The notes: generated by a model from the sequence alone, not told the origin. A DNA stretch of 50,699 nt from Candidatus Parcubacteria bacterium (GCA_026395655.1 JAPLYJ010000046.1:1-50699), one strand, 5' to 3'; counted from the stretch's first letter, positions 9,002 through 16,613 are shown. A program made the numbers and translations.

Positions 9002-10759
9002 TTAATTTTTCAAATTATCAGGAGAAAGATTGTAGTAATTTATTAGATAAAAAGCTAAATCATGAAATACGTAAGTAGCAGTATCTGATGACGAAGCTGC
9101 TTTAGGGTCATCTAGCTTAACCATAATTAAAAATTTAGGATCTGATGCTGGGAAAAAACCCATGAAAGATTGTATGGTTCTTTCAGAATATTTTTTGTCA
9201 TCAGGCACATTAGCTGTACCTGACTTACCAGCAATTTGATATCCTTTTATCCCAGCGCTTTTAGAATATCCATTGTCTACTACCTTAACCATCATCTCTG
9301 TTAAAGTTTTTGCAGTTTCTAAAGAAATAATCTGTTCTGCTTCTGTTTGGTTAGCTGGGGAAATATTCCCTTTGTCATCCATAGTTTTTTCTACAATAAA
9401 AGGTGTCACTAATTTTCCACCGTTCGCTATGGTAGCATAGGCTCGAGTTAAAGACATCGGGCTCATACTAATACCTTGGCCAAAAGAAGCATTAGAAAAA
9501 TATATTTGTCTCTCGTCTCGTTTTTCTAAATATAATTGCCTGATATCTCCGGTAATTTCATTAGGTAAGTCTATACCAGTTTTTTCATGAAATTTAAATT
9601 TTTTTAAATATTCTTTGTAAGCTACATTACCGATGAGCTTTTGAGCATAGACAATGCCAGTGTTGATAGATTTCTCCAAAATTATATTCATGTCTACATC
9701 ACCGTAAGCTTTTTTAGCAAAATTAGTAATAGGATGACCATCTACTACTACAGAGCCACTATCATAAAATTTTGTTTCCGGTGTAAGGTTTTTATTTTCT
9801 AAACCAATGGCCATGGTAATAACTTTTAAAACAGAACCTAATTCAAAACGACCCTCTACGGCGTTATTTTTAAAAAGGCTATAATCTTCAACCGCGTTAT
9901 AATTATTTAAATCAAAATTTGGTTGATTGGCTAAAGCTAGAATACGACCGGTCTTTGGTTCCATGATAATCACTGATCCGCTATTAGCTCCCCATTTTTC
10001 TAAAGATTTTTTCAATTCTTCTTCAGCTTTGAATTGAATATTTTTATCAATAGTAGTTATCAAAGAAGCACCAGGCAAAATAGGATCTTCAATGGAAAAA
10101 ACAGATCTAATTAAGCGCCCTACTCTGTCTTTAACGCCTTCGAATTTACCAGATTTACCAGCTAGCACTTCGTCATAATATTTTTCTAAACCATACCTCC
10201 CTGTAGTTTTTTGATCTTGAGTTTGGGCTACAAACCCAATGACTTGGCTAGCAGTTTCTCCTAAAGGATAATAGCGTAATGTATATGATTCTTCATGGAT
10301 GCCTTTTAATTTTAAAGCCATAATTTGATCAACAAAAGATTTGTCTGATATTTTTTTTACCAAAATCTGATATTGAGAATTACGCTGATTAAATTTATTA
10401 ATAAGATCATTTTCAGGAATATCTAACAGAGGAGACAAAACCTTTGCGGTATTTATTGGATCCTCTATTTCCTTAGCAGAAACGAAAATATTAAAATATT
10501 TTTTATTAATAGCTACAGGTATACGTTCCTGACCTTTGTCTTGAAAATATATCATACCCCTCTCTGCTTCTAAAGTTTTAACCACAGATTGAGATTCCTG
10601 AGCTTTAACTGTGTATATAGCACTATCTTTTATCTGTAAAACAAAAAAACGAGCGGCTAAGACGCCGGCGATTGAAAGGAAGAATAGACTGACAAGTAAC
10701 AGCCTTCGATGATAGCTTTTCTTATTGCTGTAAGCCATATCCTTGAGCCAGATTAACAA
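9002..10759 (-). CDS. ftsI: Penicillin-binding protein 2 / FtsI-type transpeptidase
   Basis: 585 aa. N-terminal TM. Transpeptidase motifs SxxK (GSVLKV), SxN (KSINTG) and KSG (GKSGTA). The start may instead be the ATG at 10738. Confidence 0.85.
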   Translation of the reverse strand: MLIWLKDMAYSNKKSYHRRLLLVSLFFLSIAGVLAARFFVLQIKDSAIYTVKAQESQSVVKTLEAERGMIYFQDKGQERIPVAINKKYFNIFVSAKEIEDPINTAKVLSPLLDIPENDLINKFNQRNSQYQILVKKISDKSFVDQIMALKLKGIHEESYTLRYYPLGETASQVIGFVAQTQDQKTTGRYGLEKYYDEVLAGKSGKFEGVKDRVGRLIRSVFSIEDPILPGASLITTIDKNIQFKAEEELKKSLEKWGANSGSVIIMEPKTGRILALANQPNFDLNNYNAVEDYSLFKNNAVEGRFELGSVLKVITMAIGLENKNLTPETKFYDSGSVVVDGHPITNFAKKAYGDVDMNIILEKSINTGIVYAQKLIGNVAYKEYLKKFKFHEKTGIDLPNEITGDIRQLYLEKRDERQIYFSNASFGQGISMSPMSLTRAYATIANGGKLVTPFIVEKTMDDKGNISPANQTEAEQIISLETAKTLTEMMVKVVDNGYSKSAGIKGYQIAGKSGTANVPDDKKYSERTIQSFMGFFPASDPKFLIMVKLDDPKAASSSDTATYVFHDLAFYLINYYNLSPDNLKN

Positions 10760-11153
10760 TGTTAGGGTCTAAGTATGATAAATCTTTTTCTATTAGAGGT
10801 GCAAAACCATTGTTCTGTGCCCAATTTTGTATTTGTCCGCCAGAGATAGAAGCAACTAATTGTTCACGTAAAGAAGAATTTTCTTCACTGACTTTTTGAA
10901 TTTGAGTTTTTAAACTTGTAATCGTGTAATCTACTGATACAGCGTTAGTAACGACATAGACGTAAACCAAACCTAACAAAAATATAGCAATGAAAATCAA
11001 ATAGCTAGCTTTGATACTACCTAATAAATGTCGGTGAGATTTTAATCTACCAGAATTTGTAAATCTACTTTGATAGCCATAATTATTAGACCATGAAGTA
11101 GTCTGTGTTTTATACTTATTTGATTTTTTTTGTTGATAGCTAATGACTGTCAT
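10722..11153 (-). CDS. FtsL-like cell-division membrane protein (hypothetical)
   Basis: 143 aa. Single TM followed by a coiled-coil-like segment. Sits in the canonical ftsL position between rsmH and ftsI. Confidence 0.5.
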   Translation of the reverse strand: MTVISYQQKKSNKYKTQTTSWSNNYGYQSRFTNSGRLKSHRHLLGSIKASYLIFIAIFLLGLVYVYVVTNAVSVDYTITSLKTQIQKVSEENSSLREQLVASISGGQIQNWAQNNGFAPLIEKDLSYLDPNIVNLAQGYGLQQ

Positions 11154-11166
11154 CTTTTTAATATAT

Positions 11167-12054
11167 TTACAATTTAATGGCGATACGTAACTTAGCTGAA
11201 CGAGACCTAAAATTGTTTGATACCTCTGACGCAGCTGGAGTAATCGGTTTTTTATTTAAAATTTGGAGATGGCCCGCTTTCGCTTGCTCGCGAAAGTAGT
11301 TTTTAATAATCCGATCCTCCAGCGAATGATACGCTATCACTGCGATTTTCCCTTGCTCTTTTAGAAGGCTTAAAGCCTTGGGGATGGCCTGTTCTAAAAT
11401 TTGCAATTCGTTGTTAGTAGCAATGCGCAAAGCCTGAAAAGTGCGCGTAGCTGGATGAATTCTTCTGTGTTCGTAATTCAAAGGTGTGGAGTGTTTAATG
11501 ATATCTATTAAATCAAAAGTGGTAACTATTGGTTTTCTTTGTCTGAATTTAGTAATTGCTTGAGCAATACTATATGCATATTTTTCTTGACTGTAATTCC
11601 TAATCAAATCAGTTAAAGCTTCTAACGAATATGTGTTAACAATTTCAGAAGCAGTTAAACCTTCTTTACCAAAACGCATATCTAAAGGTTCGTCTTTTAA
11701 AAAACTAAATCCTTTACCTGATTCTTCTAAAGATTCTGAATTGAGTCCTAAATCAAATAAAATGCCATCTACTTTTTCAAAACCGTTCTCTTTGGCTATT
11801 TGATCTATTTCTGAAAAATTAACACAAACTGTTATTAATCTTTTTTCTAACTCCGTACCTTTTATTTTTAACAATAATTTTGATATCAACCTTTCATCTA
11901 AATCTAGTGACAAAACTCGGCCATTAGGTTTTGTTTTTTCTAAAATAGCCAAGCTATGCCCTCCTGCTCCACTAGTAGCGTCTATATAATCCTGATTAGG
12001 TTGAGGATCAAAGTATTGTAAAACTTCTTGTAAAAGAACTGGAATATGACTCAT
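11167..12054 (-). CDS. rsmH: 16S rRNA (cytosine1402-N4)-methyltransferase RsmH (MraW)
   Basis: 295 aa. MSHIPVLLQEVL ... DATSGAGGHS ... GILFDLGLNS ... IAYHSLEDR. Confidence 0.93.
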   Translation of the reverse strand: MSHIPVLLQEVLQYFDPQPNQDYIDATSGAGGHSLAILEKTKPNGRVLSLDLDERLISKLLLKIKGTELEKRLITVCVNFSEIDQIAKENGFEKVDGILFDLGLNSESLEESGKGFSFLKDEPLDMRFGKEGLTASEIVNTYSLEALTDLIRNYSQEKYAYSIAQAITKFRQRKPIVTTFDLIDIIKHSTPLNYEHRRIHPATRTFQALRIATNNELQILEQAIPKALSLLKEQGKIAVIAYHSLEDRIIKNYFREQAKAGHLQILNKKPITPAASEVSNNFRSRSAKLRIAIKL

Positions 12055-12057
12055 AAG

Positions 12058-12495
12058 CTAAATGCCCAAATCAGACAGTTTTTCAGCGATATCAGTTGAT
12101 TCTTTTTCAGTTTTAAGTTGATAGCTCTGCCAAGCATTTTCGTCCCAGATTTCCAAACGATTAAATAAACCTGTCATAACAGTTTTTTTAGATAAGCTTG
12201 CATATTTTCTTAAATAATCAGGAATTAAAATACGGCCTTGACTGTCCAAGGTTAATTCCATAGCTCCAGCTAACATTAATCTGGAAAAAGCTCGAGAATT
12301 AGCTTGGCTTAAAGGCAAGGCTACAATTTTTTTCATAAGAATTTCCCACTCTTGTTGTGTAAATAAAAACAAACAATTATCCAGACCACGAGTTAAAACC
12401 GCACCGCCTGATAAATCTTTTCTAAATTTAGCAGGTACGGCCAAACGGCCTTTCTGATCTATACTATATTTATATTCTCCAATAAATGAAACCAT
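12058..12495 (-). CDS. mraZ: Transcriptional regulator MraZ
   Basis: Two SpoVT/AbrB-like halves (DQKGRLAVPAKFR and DSQGRILIP). I place the start at ATG 12493-12495 (MVSFIGEYKY). The track ORF starts at a GTG that lies inside the upstream GTGGATAA repeat. Confidence 0.88.
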   Translation of the reverse strand: MVSFIGEYKYSIDQKGRLAVPAKFRKDLSGGAVLTRGLDNCLFLFTQQEWEILMKKIVALPLSQANSRAFSRLMLAGAMELTLDSQGRILIPDYLRKYASLSKKTVMTGLFNRLEIWDENAWQSYQLKTEKESTDIAEKLSDLGI

Positions 12496-12524
12496 GTTTT
12501 TTATATAGATAGGTTTTTGTTTAT

Positions 12525-12570
12525 CCACAGATAAAAGGGCTTATCCCCACCTTTATCCACAATTCCCCAC
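12525..12570 (-). promoter_or_regulatory. Phased GTGG(G/A) direct repeats upstream of mraZ (putative MraZ operator)
   Basis: Minus strand reads GTGGGGAATT-GTGGATAAAG-GTGGGGATAA, three boxes at exact 10-bp spacing. A fourth GTGGATAA lies 22 bp further on. Confidence 0.55.
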
Positions 12571-12667
12571 CTGCGCCCATTATATATCTTTAAACATACT
12601 TAAGTCAACCACTAATAGGGTTTTTAAAAAATAAAAAAGCATACCCATTTTAGATAGCAAATAAGCC

Positions 12668-12701
12668 AAAAAATACCCCATGATGAAAATCCATCATGAG
12701 G
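12668..12701 (-). terminator. Rho-independent terminator after tyrS
   Basis: Minus strand CCTCATGATGG-ATTTT-CATCATGGGG followed by TATTTTTT. Confidence 0.6.
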
Positions 12702-12727
12702 TATACACAGGTTATCCCCTTTTAGCT

Positions 12728-13912
12728 TTATTCCACTTTTATAAAATATCGTTTTCCCTTCTGAATAACAGAATTTTTTGAAACTACAATTTCAGAAGAA
12801 TCAATCACTTCATCATTAATCTTAATACTTTTTTGATTAATCAATCTTCTAGCTTCACTTTTGCTATCTGCTAATTTACTTAATATCAAAACATCAATAA
12901 TATTTTTACCAGCTAATTTATATACAATAATTTCATCAGGTGTTTCTTTTTTTTGAAAAACAGAAACAAAATATTTTTCAGCTTCTAAAGCTTCTGATTC
13001 GCTCCAATACGTTTTAACTATTTCTTTTGCCAAAATCATTTTAATATCACGAGGATTTGTTTTCTCATTTTGCAATTCTTTTTCAAAAGCTTTTACCTCT
13101 ACCATGGGTAATCGAGTACAATGTTCAAAATATATAATAATTAAATCATCAGGTATGCTCATAACTTTACCAAACATCTCAGGAGGTTCATCTACAATAT
13201 TAATAGTATTGCCCCAGCTAGAGCTCATCTTACGACCATCAGTACCTAAAATTAAATTACCCATAATAATATCTTGGGGTTCTTGGTGATAATAAGATTG
13301 CAAAGTACGACCAGCTAACAAATTGAAACGCTGATCTGTGCCGCCTATTTCCACGTCTGCTTTTATCATCACGCTATCATACCCTTGCATTAGAGGATAA
13401 AGTAATTCTCTAAGAGATACGCGCTTACCTTCGTCGTATCTTTTTTTAATATTTTCTCTAGACATAAATTCAGCTAAGGAAAATTGATCAGCTTGCGGCC
13501 CTATCTCTAAATAACCTAATTTATTCAACCACTCTGAATTAAATCTTACTTCCAATTTGTTTTTGTCTAATATCTTAGAAGCTTGCTCAATATATGTCTG
13601 CAGATTCTTTTTAACTGTTTCTAAAGGCAGCATGGGTCTTTCTGCTGATTTATCAGAAGTATCCCCTACTAAAGCAGTAGCATCACCGACAATAAAGATT
13701 ACTTTGTGGCCTAAATTTTGAAAATCTCTTAATTTTAAAAGTGGTACTGCTCTACCTAAATGTATATTAGGGCTAGTAGGATCTATGCCCAATTTAACAA
13801 TCAATTGTTTACCAGAATTTAATCTTTCTACTAAGTGTTTAGCATCAATAACTTCATTCACCCCTCTAGTGATTATTTCTTGTATGAGATCTTTGTTTTT
13901 TGAAATAGACAT
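12728..13912 (-). CDS. tyrS: Tyrosine--tRNA ligase (with C-terminal S4-like domain)
   Basis: 394 aa. GIDPTSPNIHLGR (HIGH-type motif), KMSSS, and a C-terminal SKSEARRLINQKSIKIN S4 fold. Confidence 0.93.
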   Translation of the reverse strand: MSISKNKDLIQEIITRGVNEVIDAKHLVERLNSGKQLIVKLGIDPTSPNIHLGRAVPLLKLRDFQNLGHKVIFIVGDATALVGDTSDKSAERPMLPLETVKKNLQTYIEQASKILDKNKLEVRFNSEWLNKLGYLEIGPQADQFSLAEFMSRENIKKRYDEGKRVSLRELLYPLMQGYDSVMIKADVEIGGTDQRFNLLAGRTLQSYYHQEPQDIIMGNLILGTDGRKMSSSWGNTINIVDEPPEMFGKVMSIPDDLIIIYFEHCTRLPMVEVKAFEKELQNEKTNPRDIKMILAKEIVKTYWSESEALEAEKYFVSVFQKKETPDEIIVYKLAGKNIIDVLILSKLADSKSEARRLINQKSIKINDEVIDSSEIVVSKNSVIQKGKRYFIKVE

Positions 13913-13929
13913 ATTTTTTTATATATTAC

Positions 13930-14006
13930 TGGTGGGCGTATCCCGGCTCGAACGGGAGGCCTTACGGATGTGAACCGTACGCTCTAACCAGCTGAGCTAT
14001 ACGCCC
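13930..14006 (-). tRNA. tRNA-Val (anticodon CAC), CCA encoded
   Basis: GGGCGTA acceptor pairs with TACGCCC. D-arm TAGCTCAGCTGGTTAGAGC. Anticodon stem TACGG/CCGTA with loop TTCACAT. T-arm TCCCG-TTCGAGC-CGGGA. 3' end ACCA. Confidence 0.9.
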
Positions 14007-14127
14007 CTTTATATATTTAATATTATACAATATTTTACAAAAAGGCAAAAGGACAAATTAATTATAACCTTATATAAAAGTCTTAAAAGTTGTATAATTA
14101 AAATTAATAATCCTTAATAAGATAAAT

Positions 14128-15030
14128 ATGTTTTTCAAATTTAAAGTATCAAAATTAGCTAATTTGTATTTTTTTATTTCCAACCTTAGCGCTTGGTCTC
14201 CTTATACTTACAAAAAAGATTATAACAATTTTTGGATTGAAAAAACGGGTCCACTTACTAATCAAGAAATAATAGCTTTAACAGATTTTAAGGAATTACA
14301 TCTAAAATATCCCTATGGGCATTCATATCTGGGTAATTTATTCACAAATGAAAAAAATGATTTATCAAAAATTTCCCAAACATTACCTTTAATTGATCAA
14401 AAAATCCTTATACAAACTTTTGAATTATTAGAAACAAGATTTGAAAAAATTTGGAGTATTGAAGAGCCACTCCTAAAAGAGTGGAAAATATTATTAGAAA
14501 AATATTTTGCAGATTTAAATCTCAAATATATTTTTGAGATTTTAGAAATTCTATACGATGTTAAAATAGATTATTCTCAATCAATGGAAGTATTTATTTT
14601 ATTTTCAACTCCAGACAGAACTGGTGGAGAAGCAAGTAATGGTCCAAATAAATTAACATTAAAAATTTCTAGATATGATAAAAATAGAGTTTCTCACGCA
14701 ATAGGAATCATTCTACATGAAATCATTCACTTAATTTTTGAAAAAAAGACTTTTTTCCCAATGATATTTCAAAATGTGAGAGATATTGATAAACAAGTTC
14801 ATTTAATAAAAGAGACTGCCGCTTCTTCTTTGTTCCCTAAAGGAATACTCGGATATCTTTTCTTAAATAATCCCATAGCCACCCAACTTTTACCACAAAT
14901 AGATCAACAACAATCAAAACTATGCATAGAACTTATGCAAAAATATGTAGATAATAAATATAAGCTAGACAATAATTACATTAAACAAATAATTAAAATA
15001 TTATTAAAAAAATACCCCTCTGGTTTATAA
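14128..15030 (+). CDS. Hypothetical protein with a single HExxH zinc-metallopeptidase-type motif
   Basis: 300-aa ORF on the rare plus strand. HEIIH at nt 14716-14730. No other recognisable domain. Confidence 0.55.
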   Translation: MFFKFKVSKLANLYFFISNLSAWSPYTYKKDYNNFWIEKTGPLTNQEIIALTDFKELHLKYPYGHSYLGNLFTNEKNDLSKISQTLPLIDQKILIQTFELLETRFEKIWSIEEPLLKEWKILLEKYFADLNLKYIFEILEILYDVKIDYSQSMEVFILFSTPDRTGGEASNGPNKLTLKISRYDKNRVSHAIGIILHEIIHLIFEKKTFFPMIFQNVRDIDKQVHLIKETAASSLFPKGILGYLFLNNPIATQLLPQIDQQQSKLCIELMQKYVDNKYKLDNNYIKQIIKILLKKYPSGL

Positions 15031-15058
15031 AATTTTTAATTTATAAACACAGAGGGGG
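15015..15058. terminator. Bidirectional hairpin terminator between the convergent HExxH gene and the peptide gene
   Basis: CCCCTCTGGTTTATAAA...TTTATAAACACAGAGGGG is a long inverted repeat with a one-nt bulge. It overlaps the stop codon of the plus-strand gene. Confidence 0.65.
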
Positions 15059-15069
15059 TTACATTCTAC

Positions 15070-15225
15070 TTAATTAGACCAAGGCAAATCCATGTCCGAC
15101 CAATCTCGACCATCATCCCATTCATCCCAGTTATCCCAATCTAAAGTAGATGAGACTTGATCATTGGCAGAGGCGCATTCATAACGAGCAATAGCACCTT
15201 CTAGAGCTGAACATATGGTAGGCAT
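15070..15225 (-). CDS. 51-aa candidate RiPP precursor peptide with a Trp/Asp-rich C-terminus
   Basis: ATG at 15223-15225 lies 1 nt after the rSAM stop (TAAAATG). AGGAGG lies about 8 nt upstream. Product: MPTICSALEGAIARYECASANDQVSSTLDWDNWDEWDDGRDWSDMDLPWSN. The 84-aa track ORF is an upstream read-through into the rSAM gene. Confidence 0.65.
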   Translation of the reverse strand: MPTICSALEGAIARYECASANDQVSSTLDWDNWDEWDDGRDWSDMDLPWSN

Positions 15226-15226
15226 T

Positions 15227-16312
15227 TTATTTACCTCCTTTCTTAATAGATTTAATCTTTTCACGTAGAAAACTAAAAATTTCTCTACGCGTTGCACAAT
15301 AATAATATTCTCCTGATAATCCACCTATACGATGTTGTGAACAACCGTTATGACACGCATTAAACCAAGAACATTTTAAACAACTAGTGGGATAATCGGT
15401 TATTGCTTTTTTATAATCGTAATGTTTATTTCTCCTAAAGATCTCTTTTATACTTTCCTTACCAATATCGCCAAGACGAAATTCTTCAGAACAAGAAAAT
15501 CTATCACATGGATACACATTGCCATTAAAATCCACGCAAAGATAGCTAGAACAAGTACCATTAAATATGCAAAGTTTTGCACGTTTACCTAATACCCCTG
15601 CAACAAAATTATCTATCTCGCGAATGCTTAAATTCTTATCATTTCTGGCTATCCATAATCCTATGAGTGTCTTTAAGAAATAAGTTAACTCTTGTGGTTC
15701 TAAATATTCAGCGGATAAAATATTGTTTTTTTCGTATATATCAAAAATAGGATTTATTCCCCAATTATTGATATTTAGATCATCTACAAAAAAATGAAAG
15801 TCTTTTTGTATACTTACCAAATTCTTTTTGCTTATCGTCTGAATAAAACCCAAAGGAACTTCGTGAGATCTAAGTGTCTTAATACCACGTATGGTATTAT
15901 TAAAAGATCCTTTGCCATTAGAATACTTTCTGAATTTATTATGTGTTTCTTCACAACCATCCAGGCTTACTCCTACCCTAAATTTATGACTTTTAAAAAA
16001 TTGTGCCCAATCATCATTTATGAGAGTCGCATTTGTCTGAATAGAATTTTTAATCACCATATTAGATCGATTGTATTTGTTTTGAAGTTTTATTATTTCT
16101 TCAAAAAAATCTAATCCAGCTAATAACGGTTCCCCTCCATGCCAAATAAATAATGCTGTTTTTTCTGGAAAATCTAACACATCTTTAATCAGTTTATCAA
16201 GTAAATTTAAACTCATAACTGCATCTATTGTCTGATCCGTTCCTCTATAAAAACAATAACTACATTTTAAATTACAAAAATTACCAACTATCTTAGCTAT
16301 TATAGTTACCAT
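15227..16312 (-). CDS. Radical SAM / SPASM-domain peptide-modifying enzyme (anSME-like architecture)
   Basis: CNLKCSYC (CX3CX2C) at nt 16253-16276. GGEPLL motif. C-terminal SPASM signature CX9GX4C (CSSYLCVDFNGNVYPC), then CX2CX5CX3C (CLKCSWFNACHNGC), then a distal Cys. Start placed at ATG 16310-16312, which is preceded by AAAGGAGGAAACAA. Confidence 0.88.
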   Translation of the reverse strand: MVTIIAKIVGNFCNLKCSYCFYRGTDQTIDAVMSLNLLDKLIKDVLDFPEKTALFIWHGGEPLLAGLDFFEEIIKLQNKYNRSNMVIKNSIQTNATLINDDWAQFFKSHKFRVGVSLDGCEETHNKFRKYSNGKGSFNNTIRGIKTLRSHEVPLGFIQTISKKNLVSIQKDFHFFVDDLNINNWGINPIFDIYEKNNILSAEYLEPQELTYFLKTLIGLWIARNDKNLSIREIDNFVAGVLGKRAKLCIFNGTCSSYLCVDFNGNVYPCDRFSCSEEFRLGDIGKESIKEIFRRNKHYDYKKAITDYPTSCLKCSWFNACHNGCSQHRIGGLSGEYYYCATRREIFSFLREKIKSIKKGGK

Positions 16313-16439
16313 TTGTTTCCTCCTTTTTGTGTGCTCCTTAAATATGCAAAACGACGGATATAAAGCCATCGTTAGTATTGTCAATGAGCTCCTGTATATT
16401 TGAAAAACTATTTTATTAACAGTCTCCCTATTTACTTAA

Positions 16440-16468
16440 ATTATAGCAATCTTAAACCATTCTGTCAA
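16440..16468 (-). promoter_or_regulatory. Consensus sigma70 promoter of the rSAM-peptide operon
   Basis: Minus strand TTGACA-17 nt-TATAAT (both hexamers perfect), about 120 nt upstream of the rSAM start. Confidence 0.6.
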
Positions 16469-16571
16469 TATCATGTACACTGAATTCAACCTACAGGCGC
16501 AACGCCTTGATATTACTTTATTTATCAAAGTGTTGCACTTACTTATTGAACTAACTACTGTTTTTTCCTAC

Positions 16572-16600
16572 AAATTAAAAATCCCGCTCTCGCGGGATTT
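16572..16600 (-). terminator. Rho-independent terminator after rplL
   Basis: Minus strand AAATCCCGC-GAGA-GCGGGATTT followed by a T-rich tract. Confidence 0.8.
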
Positions 16601-16613
16601 AATCAAATCTACC

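Noticed and set aside
12521-12727. Cluster of DnaA-box-like 9-mers (two perfect TTATCCACA, plus TTATCCCCA and TTATCCCCT), considered as a candidate oriC
   Set aside because: Genes on both sides (tyrS and rightwards, mraZ and leftwards) all run on the minus strand, so there is no strand switch at this point. No dnaA or dnaN gene is nearby. The boxes are same-orientation repeats at exact 10-bp phase directly upstream of mraZ, which fits an MraZ operator better. GC-skew analysis would settle it.
15070-15324. The 84-aa version of the small ORF in the track (MDYQENIII...)
   Set aside because: Its first 33 codons overlap the 3' end of the rSAM gene in another frame and include the AGGAGG that serves the internal ATG. 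The 51-aa form starting at 15225 is the sensible gene.
16313-16384. N-terminal 24 codons of the rSAM track ORF (MTILTMALYPSFCIFKEHTKRRKQ)
   Set aside because: The internal ATG at 16312 has a strong AAAGGAGG RBS and puts the CX3CX2C motif at the usual distance from the N-terminus. The upstream part covers the leader hairpin.
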